A program made the position numbers and the translations under genes. Shown in pieces: positions 1 through 10,246 of a DNA stretch of 64,000 bases. The DNA lies in the NCBI GenBank assembly GCA_943354905.1, contig CALRDL010000002.1:6478-70477 (forward strand). Reading direction: 5' to 3'. The DNA comes from Candidatus Nomurabacteria bacterium (GTDB lineage: Bacteria; Patescibacteriota; Minisyncoccia; Phycocordibacterales; UBA9973). The notes beneath the pieces were generated by a model. It saw only the letters and a list, made by a program, of their open reading frames with translations. It had not been told where the DNA came from and did no database searches. How positions within the stretch are numbered: the first letter of the stretch is position 1; each line of letters starts with the position of its first letter.

Positions 1-288
1 GTAACCAATTATGGTAAACTAATAAAAGAAAATGGTATAGATTTTAACCGGATTATTTTATTTGGATCTTATGCTAAAAATTTATTCCGTAAGGGAAGTG
101 ACATAGATGTAGCTGTGATCATAAAAGATTTAAAAGATGAAGATGAACATAAAACCCAAGTAGATTTAGGTAAATTGACTTGGAACTTCGATACTCGAAT
201 CGAACCACACCCTGTTTCCCTTGAGAGTTTTTTAAACAATGAAACACCTTTCGTTAAAGAAATAAAGAAATTTGGCTTGGTATTATAA
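1..288 (+). CDS. Minimal nucleotidyltransferase (MNT/PolB-like) domain protein, 5' partial
   Basis: Frame 1 open from window start to TAA at 286-288; translates ...ILFGSYAK...SDIDVAV... (GS-x-DxD motif); not in ORF track. Confidence 0.8.
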   Translation, partial: VTNYGKLIKENGIDFNRIILFGSYAKNLFRKGSDIDVAVIIKDLKDEDEHKTQVDLGKLTWNFDTRIEPHPVSLESFLNNETPFVKEIKKFGLVL

Positions 289-367
289 AATGAAAAAAAT
301 CGACGCGCAAGTCTTGATCTGGGAATACTAAGTTGATTTTTGGCTTAAAATCGGTTATTCTATCAAT

Positions 368-955
368 ATGAATTCACGAGCCGTTGTATTTTTTGGACGA
401 TCTGGTTGTGGGAAAGGTACTCAGGCCAAACTCTTGGCCAAGTATTTTGAATCTCAAGGTCGAGAAGTGATCTATGTCGAAACAGGTAGTACTTTTCGAG
501 AAATCACAAAGCAAGACAACTTATTAGGTAAAAATGTAAATAATATCCTATCCAACGGATTTCTTATCCCAGTTTTTTTGCCTATATGGATATGGACAGG
601 GATTATTGTTCAAAAATTTACTGGAAATCAAGATATGATATTTGATGGAGTTTGTCGCAGAAAAGAAGAATCAGTAGCTCTAGATTCTCTTTTTGATTTT
701 TATAAAATTGATAACCCAAATATCATTTTGATGAATGTTTCCAAAGATTGGTCTTATACAAGGATGATGGAGCGAAAGCGAGCCGATGATACGCCGGAAA
801 AAATCCAAAATAGACTCGATTGGTATGAAAAAGATGTTATTCCGTCTGTCGATCATTTTCGAAATAGGTCTGAATATAATTTTATTGAAATCAACGGAGA
901 ACAAAGTATAGAAAAAGTCCACGAAGATATTATTAAAGCTTTAGTATTTAATTAA
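368..955 (+). CDS. adk: Adenylate/nucleoside monophosphate kinase
   Basis: P-loop GRSGCGKGTQA, FDG, R-x-DD lid, INGEQSIE. Confidence 0.8.
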   Translation: MNSRAVVFFGRSGCGKGTQAKLLAKYFESQGREVIYVETGSTFREITKQDNLLGKNVNNILSNGFLIPVFLPIWIWTGIIVQKFTGNQDMIFDGVCRRKEESVALDSLFDFYKIDNPNIILMNVSKDWSYTRMMERKRADDTPEKIQNRLDWYEKDVIPSVDHFRNRSEYNFIEINGEQSIEKVHEDIIKALVFN

Positions 956-959
956 TTTT

Positions 960-1640
960 ATGGAAGAAACAATTATAATTTCGCTTGGAGGGTCTATGAT
1001 AATTCCAGAAGAAATAGATGTAGATTTTTTGCGTGAATTTAAATCCTTAATTCTTTCGCACGTAGCCAAAGGTAAAAAGTTTGTGATTATTTGTGGAGGA
1101 GGGAAAATAGCTCGCAAATATCAGGCAGTTGCGAAAATTTTAACTGAACCAAAGGATATAGATCTGGATTGGATCGGTATTGCATCTCTGAAATTAAATG
1201 CCGAACTTTTAAGAGTGATTTTTGGAGAATATGCTCACGACGTAGTAGTTTCAGACTTAAGAAATCCTATTATTTTTAATAAACCAGTGTTAGTGGGTTC
1301 TGCTCATCAACCGGGATGGAGCTCTGATATGGATACTGTTTGGGCGGCACAAACAGTTGGTGCAAAGAAATTAATTAATCTTTCCAACGTAGACCATGTT
1401 TACGATGCTGATCCCAGAATAAATCCAAATGCTAAAAAACTAGAGAATATTTCATGGGCTGATTATAGAAAAATTATTCCTAAAGAATGGACATCCGGAT
1501 TAAATTCTCCGTTCGACCCAATAGCATCCGAGCTTGCTCAAAAAGAGGGGATAAGTGTGATGATAATGAACGGCAAGCCACTCGACAATCTCAAGAATTA
1601 TCTAAACGGCGAAAAGTTTGAGGGAACAATAATTTCGTAA
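960..1640 (+). CDS. pyrH: UMP kinase, archaeal-type
   Basis: ISLGGS, CGGGKIARKYQ, PGWSSD, NVDHVYDADP, FEGTII. Confidence 0.9.
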   Translation: MEETIIISLGGSMIIPEEIDVDFLREFKSLILSHVAKGKKFVIICGGGKIARKYQAVAKILTEPKDIDLDWIGIASLKLNAELLRVIFGEYAHDVVVSDLRNPIIFNKPVLVGSAHQPGWSSDMDTVWAAQTVGAKKLINLSNVDHVYDADPRINPNAKKLENISWADYRKIIPKEWTSGLNSPFDPIASELAQKEGISVMIMNGKPLDNLKNYLNGEKFEGTIIS

Positions 1641-1653
1641 GTTTTAAAATTTT

Positions 1654-2442
1654 ATGATTATCATAAAAACAAAAGAAGAAATAGAAATCCTTCGCGAAGG
1701 GGGGAGGAGGTTGGCGACTGTGCTTCAAAAATTGAAAGCCAAAGTTGCTTCTGGAATTTCTACTAAAGAACTCGACCTTTATGCAGAGAAATTAATTCGT
1801 GATGGTGGAGACGAGCCAGCTTTTTTGAATTATCGTCCCAGTGGAGCTAAGTCTCCATTTCCGGCGTCGCTTTGCGTATCTGTAAATGATGAAGTCGTTC
1901 ATGGGATTCCAAATAAAAATAAAATTTTAAAAGAAGGGGATATTGTTTCACTGGATTTAGGGATTAAACACAGAGGGTTGTTTACAGATAGTGCGATCAC
2001 TGTTCCTGTCGGGAATATTTCTTCAGGATCAGAGAAATTATTAGAAGTTACCGAGAGAGCTTTGTATGTCGGGATCGAGTCGGCTATAGCTGGAAATACA
2101 ACAGGGGATATCGGTTATGCCATCGAACAATTTGTACATTCTCGACCAGATAAAAATAAAAATCAGCAATATGGGATTGTTGAAGTTTTGGCTGGGCATG
2201 GAGTGGGGAAATATATTCACGAAGATCCATATATTCCGAATTTTGGGAAAAAAGGTAAAGGCGAAAAACTCGTTCCCGGAATGGTAGTCGCTCTCGAACC
2301 AATGTTAAACAACGGCACGAAGAATGTCACCATCGATGACGACGAATGGACTTTCCGTACAGCTGACGGCAAAAGAAGCGCGCACTTTGAACACACTATA
2401 CTTATCACTGAAAGCGAGGCCCAGATATTAACAAAAGTTTGA
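1654..2442 (+). CDS. map: Type I methionine aminopeptidase
   Basis: SVNDEVVHGIP, GHGVG..IHEDP, ALEPM, SAHFEHT. Confidence 0.97.
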   Translation: MIIIKTKEEIEILREGGRRLATVLQKLKAKVASGISTKELDLYAEKLIRDGGDEPAFLNYRPSGAKSPFPASLCVSVNDEVVHGIPNKNKILKEGDIVSLDLGIKHRGLFTDSAITVPVGNISSGSEKLLEVTERALYVGIESAIAGNTTGDIGYAIEQFVHSRPDKNKNQQYGIVEVLAGHGVGKYIHEDPYIPNFGKKGKGEKLVPGMVVALEPMLNNGTKNVTIDDDEWTFRTADGKRSAHFEHTILITESEAQILTKV

Positions 2443-2527
2443 TTTAGTGGTAATATTATATAAAGAAATTTATGCTACAAAAAACTATAAAATCAGTGAT
2501 TAAAATTTCTTTTAATTAAAATAGTAT

Positions 2528-3514
2528 ATGGAAAATTTTTTACCAGATACAGCTCCAGTGTTATCTAAAAATAGTAGTAATTTGGAAAATAAAGAACAGG
2601 AATTTATTTATGAGTTAAGAGATGTTGAGGGCGGCGTCCGATGTAATATTAAAGTAACATTCATTAATGAAACTTTGCCTGAGTCTTTACAAGGCAGAAA
2701 TTGCAAGGTCTTGAAAAGAGTGTTGAGGATGTCTTTCGAGGGAGCTAAGTCAGTTGATATTTTTGCTTTATGTAAAAAATCTGAAGCAACTAAAGTTTTT
2801 TTTACTGATGATGATTACCGTTATGAACATACAACTGATGAAGTATTTATTCCTGAATTTAAAACCTTGATTGATTTATATATTGCCTTTCATGAAATTG
2901 GTCATGCTGTTCAGTACAAAGAAGATATATTTAAAAATGCATGCAGGCATGGAAAATTTTTAGATATTGAAAATTTTGCACCAGCTGTTTTGTTGGCGCG
3001 AGAGAAACGAGTTGCAATTCCTATGGCTGATGAATTCTTGAATGAACTTATGCAATACTCAGTTGAGTATAATAGATATTGTCAAAGAAATATAGATGGT
3101 TCTTTAACAGAAGATGACCATATAGGATGTGAAAGTGAAAATATAAAGTTTACAGATTTTTTAAAAGAACATGAAATTAAAGAAAGTTTAGTTTCATTGA
3201 TATCTTATGAGTTGCCAAGAAGTATCTTTGAGCGAGACGCTACATTAAGGGCAATGGTTTGGGTACGCAAGGCTTCACAAGAATTGCATATTTCTTTAAA
3301 TTTTAAAACTAAAAGAAGTGATGTTGTTGTTCTCGATGAGATGTCTAAAGAATTAACTAAATGCTTAGAAGAAGATGATGTTCCTGAAGAGGTACAGGAA
3401 GCTATTTTAAGAGTTTGTGGAATGGGAAATGTTGGAGTCAGAGAAGTGATGAACTTAGCGTTATTAACTCAAGAGTCTGATAAATCTGTTCATAAATTTT
3501 TTAATGATAAATAG
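2528..3514 (+). CDS. Hypothetical protein with HExxH (HEIGH) motif, possible zinc metallopeptidase
   Basis: AFHEIGHAVQ plus downstream FERDA. Confidence 0.55.
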   Translation: MENFLPDTAPVLSKNSSNLENKEQEFIYELRDVEGGVRCNIKVTFINETLPESLQGRNCKVLKRVLRMSFEGAKSVDIFALCKKSEATKVFFTDDDYRYEHTTDEVFIPEFKTLIDLYIAFHEIGHAVQYKEDIFKNACRHGKFLDIENFAPAVLLAREKRVAIPMADEFLNELMQYSVEYNRYCQRNIDGSLTEDDHIGCESENIKFTDFLKEHEIKESLVSLISYELPRSIFERDATLRAMVWVRKASQELHISLNFKTKRSDVVVLDEMSKELTKCLEEDDVPEEVQEAILRVCGMGNVGVREVMNLALLTQESDKSVHKFFNDK

Positions 3515-3619
3515 TTTTATAACAGAACTTACGCTCTCCCACAAAATAATACAAACATAATACCACATTTTTGTTAAATTTAGTTTGACAAAGTTTTTAC
3601 ATTGTATATACTGGGTATT

Positions 3620-3895
3620 ATGAATACAATGATTACAATTCGGACAGATGCAGATTTAAAAAATCAAGCACAAAACCTTGCTGAAAGGTTAGGTATTTCT
3701 ATTTCTGCAATAGTAAATAATTCTTTAAGAGAATTTGTTCTTAATAAGAAAGTTGTTTTCGCTGAACCTTTGACTTTAAATATTGCTACAAGAAAGCGTT
3801 TAGATAAAATAATTAAAGAAATAGATAAGGGAAAAAATCTTTCTAAATCTTTTTATACAGCAAAAGATGCTATAGCACATCTGAAAAGTCTATAA
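3620..3895 (+). CDS. RelB/DinJ-family antitoxin
   Basis: RHH-like ITIRTDADLKNQAQ; C-terminal SKSFYTAKDAIAHL; upstream of RelE-like gene; ATG chosen 8 nt after TATACT. Confidence 0.85.
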   Translation: MNTMITIRTDADLKNQAQNLAERLGISISAIVNNSLREFVLNKKVVFAEPLTLNIATRKRLDKIIKEIDKGKNLSKSFYTAKDAIAHLKSL

Positions 3896-3901
3896 AATTA
3901 A

Positions 3902-4159
3902 ATGAAGATCAATTTTCATAAAAGTTTTGATAAGATGTTTGCGAAATTACCAAAATTTGTTAAAGAAAAGTTTTACATTAGACTTGAAATTTTCTCCCTC
4001 AATATCAATAATCCATTATTAAATATTCATCCACTAAAAGGTAAACGGAGAGGGCAATGGAGTATAAATATAACAGGGGATTGCAGAGCTTTATACATAG
4101 AGCAAGAAGATGGGGTGATTTTTTTAGAAATCGGCACGCATCCACAATTATATGAATAA
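3902..4159 (+). CDS. RelE/YafQ-family mRNA interferase toxin
   Basis: HPLKG, WSINITGD, IGTHPQLY. Confidence 0.88.
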   Translation: MKINFHKSFDKMFAKLPKFVKEKFYIRLEIFSLNINNPLLNIHPLKGKRRGQWSINITGDCRALYIEQEDGVIFLEIGTHPQLYE

Positions 4160-4365
4160 ATTTGAATACTTTTTAGCCACACTATTTTGATTAGAGAAGG
4201 AGAGGTGGAGATTTTGACGAAGATATAAAATATGAAATTTCATTCGATTGAAGATTTGAGAAATGGCTAATATCTAGTGTTTATGGAAATTATTCGACAT
4301 CCTGATATCATTAAAGATTTTAAAAAATTAGATAGAAATCCCTCACCCATGCTACAATATCTTAG

Positions 4366-7131
4366 ATGGATAAATCTTTTTTAAAAGATATGCCTAAGTT
4401 TAAGACTCCTGAAGAGGAGCTGGATTATCTGCGTGCCCATGTCGCCAAGCGTGAAGAAGAACTCATCAAGATAGGGCATATAGAACACGCTAAAGACAAC
4501 GCTACCATAGATGTGATTGAAGAATACAAAGATGCTCCGATAGAAAATGTAATCGAGGAGAGTCATAGACTTGACTCGAAACAAACAGAAGGTATAGTGT
4601 TAGCTCTCAAGCCCGAGAGTCATGACATTATTATGGAAGAGCTTTTAGGGCTAGTCATTACGAAGGGCATAAAGAATGCTTTGTCGGTTGTAGAAAATAT
4701 GGATAGTCCTCATATAGAAGATGATTTTCATAGAATACTTATTCAATATTTAAAAACAGGGCAAATAAATTTTCAATTTAAAGAAGGGACACCAATGTAC
4801 AAATCTTTAAATATGACTTTGTTTGAGATCACTCTTCCACCGCCTACGGATGAAATAGACAAGTCGAAAGGTTTTAAAGAATTTATCGGGGCAATGGAAC
4901 AATTTTATGCAGGAATGCATTCTATTTCGCAAGGCAAAAATAACAAAGAAGAAAATTATTTTACACTCGAGATTGCCCTGAGCGATGAGAGTGATGAAGT
5001 CATAATCTACGCTAGTATTCCAAACAAACACATCACCCTTTTTGAAAAACAGATTTTAGCATTTTATCACAATGCCAAAGTTAGCGAAGTTCCGGATGAC
5101 TACAACATCTTCAACGAGCAAGGCGCATCCGTGGGTGCTTATGCATCTTTTGCTGAACGAGGAGTTATGCCGATCAAGACTTATGACAACATCGAACACG
5201 ATCCGATGAACACTATCTTAAATGTTTTTTCTAAATTAAAAACCAAAGGTGAGGGTGCGGGGATTCAGCTCGTGATAGCTCCTGCTGGAGATCAGTTTAT
5301 AAATGAATTTCACAAAATTTTAGATGATGTAAAGGATGGACTTTCTGTAAAAAATGCTTCTGATAATTTTTATAAATTCAATAGTGCTTTTATGAAGATA
5401 GGCAAAGAATTCATATTTGGAACAAAAAAAGCACCAGAAGAAAATAAGGAACGAAATATGAAGGGCAGGAGAGCTGTAGACGAAGGAGCAGTGGAGAAAA
5501 TAGGTAATAAGACAAAGAGCACGATCATGAAGGCAAATATTCGGGTGGTGGCTTCAGCCGAAACAAAATCTCGAGCAGAAGAGATCTTGAAAGAACTGGA
5601 ATCTTCTTTTCATCAATTTTCTGAACCTGCTAGCAATTCTTTCTTTTTCGAACAAGCTCATGGTAGCAATTTGAAAAAGTTTTTTCATGATTTCTCATAT
5701 CGTTCTTTTTCACCTGATAAAATATTGCCGATGAATTTGAAAGAACTTTCTTCAGTTTTTCATTTTCCAGTAGGCATAGGTAGCCAGCCCCAACTCAAAG
5801 AAGCAAAGGCTGGCATCGCTCCGGCACCACTTGAGATGGGCCACGATGGAGTAACTCTTGGCATAAATGATTATCGAGGTAAAAAAACAGAAGTAAAACT
5901 CGCTCGTGAAGACCGTATGCGACATTTTTATGTTATTGGTCAGACTGGTACTGGTAAAACAAATATAATGTTGAATATGATAACTCAAGATATTAAAAAT
6001 GGAGATGGATGTTGTTATATAGATCCACACGGGACAGATATTCAAACCATCCTTTCTCGTATTCCAAAAGAGCGTATCGATGATGTCATATACTTTGATC
6101 CAGCATATACTGCGCGTCCTATGGGGCTGAATATGCTCGAGTATGATCTAAGATATCCAGAACAAAAGACTTTTGTGGTCAATGAACTCATGGGTATTTT
6201 TAATAAACTTTTTGATATGAAAGCCGGAGGTGGAGCTATGTTTGAACAATATTTCAGAAATAGTGCTTTCTTGGTGATGGAAGATCCAGAATCTGGCTCG
6301 ACATTGCTCGAGATCACTCGAGTTCTCGCTGATAAAGAATTTCGTGATATGAAACTCCAGAAATGCAAGAATCCGATCATTAAACAATTTTGGGTTTCAG
6401 CCGAACAGACGACAGGGGATCAAAGTCTCGCCAACTTCGTGCCATACATTTCTTCAAAGTTCGATAACTTTATCAGCAATGACATCATGCGTCCGGTTGT
6501 TCTCCAGCAAAATTCTGTTTTTAATTTTAGAAAAATAATGGACGAAAAGAAAATTCTTTTGGTAAATCTTTCCAAGGGTCGTCTCGGGGATATCAATGCG
6601 AACTTGATCGGCTTAGTCCTTGTCGGCAAGATCCAGATGGCGGCGCTTTCTCGCGTTGATATGTTTGGGAAACATATGAATGATTTCTATTTATATATCG
6701 ACGAGTTTCAAAACGTTACCACTGATTCTATCGCTTCTATTTTATCTGAAGCACGCAAATATAGACTTTCGCTTAATATTGCTCATCAATACATCTCTCA
6801 GCTTGAAGACAATATTAAAAATGCAGTTTTTGGAAATGTCGGCTCGATCGCAGTATTTCGTGTTGGGACCGAAGATGCGACTTTTCTCGAGCCAAAATTT
6901 AAACCTCAATTTACTGCTTCTGATATTACTAAATTAGACAATTTCAATGCTTATATGAGTATGCTGATCAAAGGTCAACCGACTAAGCCGTTTAATATTG
7001 CGACCATCGCTCCAGAAAAGGGTAATCCCGAAATAGTAGATAATCTCAAAGAACTTTCGTATGTAAAATATGGTCGTGATCGAGCCGAAGTCGAAGCCGA
7101 AATCATGGCGAAGTATCAGACGATGGAGTAA
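4366..7131 (+). CDS. VirD4/TraG/HerA-like P-loop ATPase (CPR-type coupling-protein homologue)
   Basis: RHFYVIGQTGTGKT, IDPHG, YIDEFQN, EARKYRL, AHQY. Confidence 0.88.
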   Translation: MDKSFLKDMPKFKTPEEELDYLRAHVAKREEELIKIGHIEHAKDNATIDVIEEYKDAPIENVIEESHRLDSKQTEGIVLALKPESHDIIMEELLGLVITKGIKNALSVVENMDSPHIEDDFHRILIQYLKTGQINFQFKEGTPMYKSLNMTLFEITLPPPTDEIDKSKGFKEFIGAMEQFYAGMHSISQGKNNKEENYFTLEIALSDESDEVIIYASIPNKHITLFEKQILAFYHNAKVSEVPDDYNIFNEQGASVGAYASFAERGVMPIKTYDNIEHDPMNTILNVFSKLKTKGEGAGIQLVIAPAGDQFINEFHKILDDVKDGLSVKNASDNFYKFNSAFMKIGKEFIFGTKKAPEENKERNMKGRRAVDEGAVEKIGNKTKSTIMKANIRVVASAETKSRAEEILKELESSFHQFSEPASNSFFFEQAHGSNLKKFFHDFSYRSFSPDKILPMNLKELSSVFHFPVGIGSQPQLKEAKAGIAPAPLEMGHDGVTLGINDYRGKKTEVKLAREDRMRHFYVIGQTGTGKTNIMLNMITQDIKNGDGCCYIDPHGTDIQTILSRIPKERIDDVIYFDPAYTARPMGLNMLEYDLRYPEQKTFVVNELMGIFNKLFDMKAGGGAMFEQYFRNSAFLVMEDPESGSTLLEITRVLADKEFRDMKLQKCKNPIIKQFWVSAEQTTGDQSLANFVPYISSKFDNFISNDIMRPVVLQQNSVFNFRKIMDEKKILLVNLSKGRLGDINANLIGLVLVGKIQMAALSRVDMFGKHMNDFYLYIDEFQNVTTDSIASILSEARKYRLSLNIAHQYISQLEDNIKNAVFGNVGSIAVFRVGTEDATFLEPKFKPQFTASDITKLDNFNAYMSMLIKGQPTKPFNIATIAPEKGNPEIVDNLKELSYVKYGRDRAEVEAEIMAKYQTME

Positions 7132-7134
7132 TTT

Positions 7135-7710
7135 ATGGAAGAATTTGAGATAAAATTTTTAGAGGTGGATGTGCCTGCTTTAGAAAAGAAGCTTGTGGAA
7201 ATAGGCGCAGAAAAAGTGGGGGAGTTTGACTATCTTAGAAAGATTTTTTATTTTAATGAAAATCATGTAGGTAGTGAAGATGGATGGATCAGAGTCCGTA
7301 CTGATGGCAAAGAAACTACTTTAACTTATAAAAAAAGTATAAAAGAAAAATTAGAAGATGGTACTGTAAAAAATACAGGTATGAATGAGATAGAGGTAAT
7401 AGTAGATGATTATGAAAAGACTTGTGAGCTTATAAATGCTATGGGGCTCATTTTGAATAAAACAGAAAAAAATAAAAGAATACGATACTCTAAAGGAGAT
7501 GTAGTTTTCGATATAGATTTCTGGCCATTTATTCCCACGTATTTAGAAATTGAATCTAGTTCATATGAAAAAACAAAAATTGCTGCGATAGAAATCGGTT
7601 TTGATCCAAATTTAGGAATTATAGGTAGTGCAGGTAGTGTTTATAAAAAATATGGTTTCAATATTAATGACTATTCTGCTATAACTTTTGAGGGTATGAT
7701 AAAGAAATAG
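7135..7710 (+). CDS. CYTH-domain protein (class IV adenylate cyclase/triphosphatase fold) #1
   Basis: N-terminal EFEIKF (ExExK), WIRVR, YLEIE. Confidence 0.88.
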   Translation: MEEFEIKFLEVDVPALEKKLVEIGAEKVGEFDYLRKIFYFNENHVGSEDGWIRVRTDGKETTLTYKKSIKEKLEDGTVKNTGMNEIEVIVDDYEKTCELINAMGLILNKTEKNKRIRYSKGDVVFDIDFWPFIPTYLEIESSSYEKTKIAAIEIGFDPNLGIIGSAGSVYKKYGFNINDYSAITFEGMIKK

Positions 7711-7772
7711 ATTTTGCAAAAAGGCTTTTTTCTGATAGGATAAGGATATTATAATATTAATTTTGAATTCAT

Positions 7773-8294
7773 ATGACACAAGAAAAGACATTGATAATTT
7801 TTAAGCCAGATGCTGTTCAGAGAGGTATCGTCGGAGAGATATTGGCTCGTTTTGAAAAAGTAGGACTCAAGATAGTCGCTGCTAAAATGCTCCAACCTGA
7901 CCAAAATCATTATTTCCATCATTATGAAAATATAGGTAAAATGGTTTCTCGTCGTGGACAAAAAGCCTTTGATGTAACTCTCGAAATGATGAACGCTGGT
8001 CCAGTCATTGCTTTTATCTTGGAAGGTATAGAGGCGGTTGCTCTCGTGCGCAAGATGGTGGGATCTACAGAACCAAAGAGCGCCCTTCCAGGCACTGTTC
8101 GAGGAGACTACTCTCACATGAGTTTTGCTCACGCAGATGTAAATGAGATAGGGATACCAAATCTAATGCATGCTTCCGGAGATGTTGAAGAAGCTAAATC
8201 CGAGATAGCTCACTGGTTTGCTGAGTCAGAACTTTTTGACTACGAAACTACTCACGAAAAATTTACTCAAGTAAAAAAGTCTCACAAAAAGTAA
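7773..8294 (+). CDS. ndk: Nucleoside diphosphate kinase
   Basis: KPDAVQRG, PGTVRGD, NLMHAS active-site His. Confidence 0.96.
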   Translation: MTQEKTLIIFKPDAVQRGIVGEILARFEKVGLKIVAAKMLQPDQNHYFHHYENIGKMVSRRGQKAFDVTLEMMNAGPVIAFILEGIEAVALVRKMVGSTEPKSALPGTVRGDYSHMSFAHADVNEIGIPNLMHASGDVEEAKSEIAHWFAESELFDYETTHEKFTQVKKSHKK

Positions 8295-8298
8295 TTTA

Positions 8299-8328
8299 AA
8301 AAACGTCCCGCATAAAGCGGGGCGTTTT
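8299..8328 (+). terminator. Intrinsic terminator after ndk
   Basis: aaaacgtcccgc-ataaa-gcggggcgtttt hairpin. Confidence 0.7.
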
Positions 8329-8344
8329 AAGTTATAATATCTGT

Positions 8345-8899
8345 ATGTACGAAGTTGAAATTAAATCAAAACTAAAAGATCGAGAAACAGTTGTAGCCAA
8401 GCTAGAATCTTTGGGTTGTAAGTTTGGGCCGGAGCTTCATCAGGCTGACCACGTCTTTACACCCAAAGGAACATTTCTGCCGAGAAGTCCTTTGGGAAGC
8501 CCAGCTTTACGAGTGCGAAAACAAAATGATAAATATATTTTTACTTTAAAAATTTCTCAGTCTAATCATCAAGATTCTATTGAAAGGGAAATGGAAATTG
8601 GGGATGGCAAGATGATGATTGAAATCCTAGAACTCATGAAATGGAACAAAATGCCAATCGTAGAGAAGCGAAGAATTAAAACAAATTTTAAAGATATGGA
8701 AATAGTATTAGATACTGTCGAAAATCTAGGTGAATTTATTGAAGCCGAAAAAATAGTTACCGAAGAAAGCAGGGAAGCTAGAGCTAAAATTCAAGAAGAA
8801 TTGTTGGATTTTTTAGAGACAGTCGGAATTCCAAGAGAAGATCAGATTATAGATGGGAAATATGATATTATGCTTTATGAGAAGTTGAATGGAAGATAA
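8345..8899 (+). CDS. CYTH-domain protein #2 (CyaB-like)
   Basis: YEVEIK, LRVR, EKRR, GEFIEAE. Confidence 0.88.
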   Translation: MYEVEIKSKLKDRETVVAKLESLGCKFGPELHQADHVFTPKGTFLPRSPLGSPALRVRKQNDKYIFTLKISQSNHQDSIEREMEIGDGKMMIEILELMKWNKMPIVEKRRIKTNFKDMEIVLDTVENLGEFIEAEKIVTEESREARAKIQEELLDFLETVGIPREDQIIDGKYDIMLYEKLNGR

Positions 8900-8903
8900 A
8901 ATT

Positions 8904-9452
8904 ATGTCTATTAAAATAACTTATTTTGTACATGGGACTACTACGGATAATGAGAAACATATTTCTTCAGGCTGGTATGATGTGGAACTTTCGGAGCTGG
9001 GAGTACAGCAATCCAAAGAATTACGGGAACAGGTAGAAGATGAAGTTTTTGATGTGGTTTTTTGTTCGGATTTAAAGAGAGCAGTAGATTCTGCACATTT
9101 TGTTTTCGAAGGAATATATCCGATTATTCTTGATGCTCGACTTCGCGAATGTAATTACGGAAAATTAAACGCCTCACCAAATGCTGTTGTCGAACCGTTG
9201 TGCGAAGACGAATGTATCTATAATAAATTCCCCGACGGGGAGAGTTATGAAGATGTAAAAGCTCGCATGGCGGACTTTCTGGAATTTCTAAAAAAGAATT
9301 ATGATGGAAAACATATAGCCATCGTAGCTCACAAAGCTCCACAGCTTTCTCTCGATGTATTATTAAAAGGTTATACATGGGAAGAAGCTTTAGCAAAAGA
9401 TTGGCGTAAGACAAAATCATGGCAACCAGGGTGGGAATACCAATTAAATTAA
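8904..9452 (+). CDS. Histidine phosphatase (phosphoglycerate mutase) family
   Basis: VHGTT, SDLKRA, LRECNYG, GES, VAH. Confidence 0.88.
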   Translation: MSIKITYFVHGTTTDNEKHISSGWYDVELSELGVQQSKELREQVEDEVFDVVFCSDLKRAVDSAHFVFEGIYPIILDARLRECNYGKLNASPNAVVEPLCEDECIYNKFPDGESYEDVKARMADFLEFLKKNYDGKHIAIVAHKAPQLSLDVLLKGYTWEEALAKDWRKTKSWQPGWEYQLN

Positions 9453-10183
9453 CAGCCAGTGCCTTAGACTCTGTCTATATTATGCTATACTTAACTAATG
9501 AGAAAACAACCAATAGTAACAGGTGAATATTATCACGTATATAATCGTGGCGTAGATAAAAGGGATATTTTTAATGATAATAATGATTTATACCGTTTTG
9601 TTGAGAGTATTTACGAATTTAATAAAATTGAAACAATAGGAAGCATAAGAGATGCGAGAAAGAATAAAACAGAGTCTAAGGCACTGGCTATGTTGTCTTT
9701 TGAGCCATTGGTTGCGATCGTTGCGTATTGTATTAATCCAAATCATTTTCATTTTGTGTTAAAACAACTAGCAGATGGTGGAATATCTAAGTTTATGCAA
9801 AAACTCCAAGGAGGATACACTTATTTTTTTAATGTGAAACATTCTCGAACGGGTTCTCTTTTTCAAGGTACTTTTAAATCACATCACATGAGTAGCGAAA
9901 ATTACTTCAATAAAATCCTCGGGTATGTAAATAAAAATTATCAAGTTCATAGTATTCCCAAAAAAAAGATGAGTTTTATTTTAGCTGGTGATTATGAGTA
10001 TGAGAATAATAATTTCAAAATTATCTCAAAGATAGAAGGTAAAAAATTTTTAGTGATTTTTGATGGACCCAAAAGTTTTAAAAAACATTGTGATGAGATG
10101 GTGGATATTGTAAGACAAGAAAGAGGTAAACTTTCGCTATTAGAAGAAGATAATTTACCAGACAGAGTCTAAGGCTCTGGCTG
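9453..10183 (+). mobile_element. RAYT/Y1 transposase element bounded by 24-bp inverted repeats
   Basis: cagccagtgccttagactctgtct (9453-9476) vs agacagagtctaaggctctggctg (10160-10183), 1 mismatch; third copy inside gene at 9669-9689. Confidence 0.8.
9498..10172 (+). CDS. REP-associated tyrosine transposase (Y1/HUH family)
   Basis: YYHVYNRG, AYCINPNHFHF (HuH), GSLFQG, YVNKN. Confidence 0.9.
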   Translation: MRKQPIVTGEYYHVYNRGVDKRDIFNDNNDLYRFVESIYEFNKIETIGSIRDARKNKTESKALAMLSFEPLVAIVAYCINPNHFHFVLKQLADGGISKFMQKLQGGYTYFFNVKHSRTGSLFQGTFKSHHMSSENYFNKILGYVNKNYQVHSIPKKKMSFILAGDYEYENNNFKIISKIEGKKFLVIFDGPKSFKKHCDEMVDIVRQERGKLSLLEEDNLPDRV

Positions 10184-10246
10184 GAGGGTTTTTGATGGTA
10201 AGTATGATATTATGCTTTATGAGAAGTTGAATTGGAAATAAATTTT

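Noticed and set aside
4366-7131. Conjugative T4SS locus
   Set aside because: No relaxase, VirB4 or mating-pair genes nearby; a lone ATPase in housekeeping context
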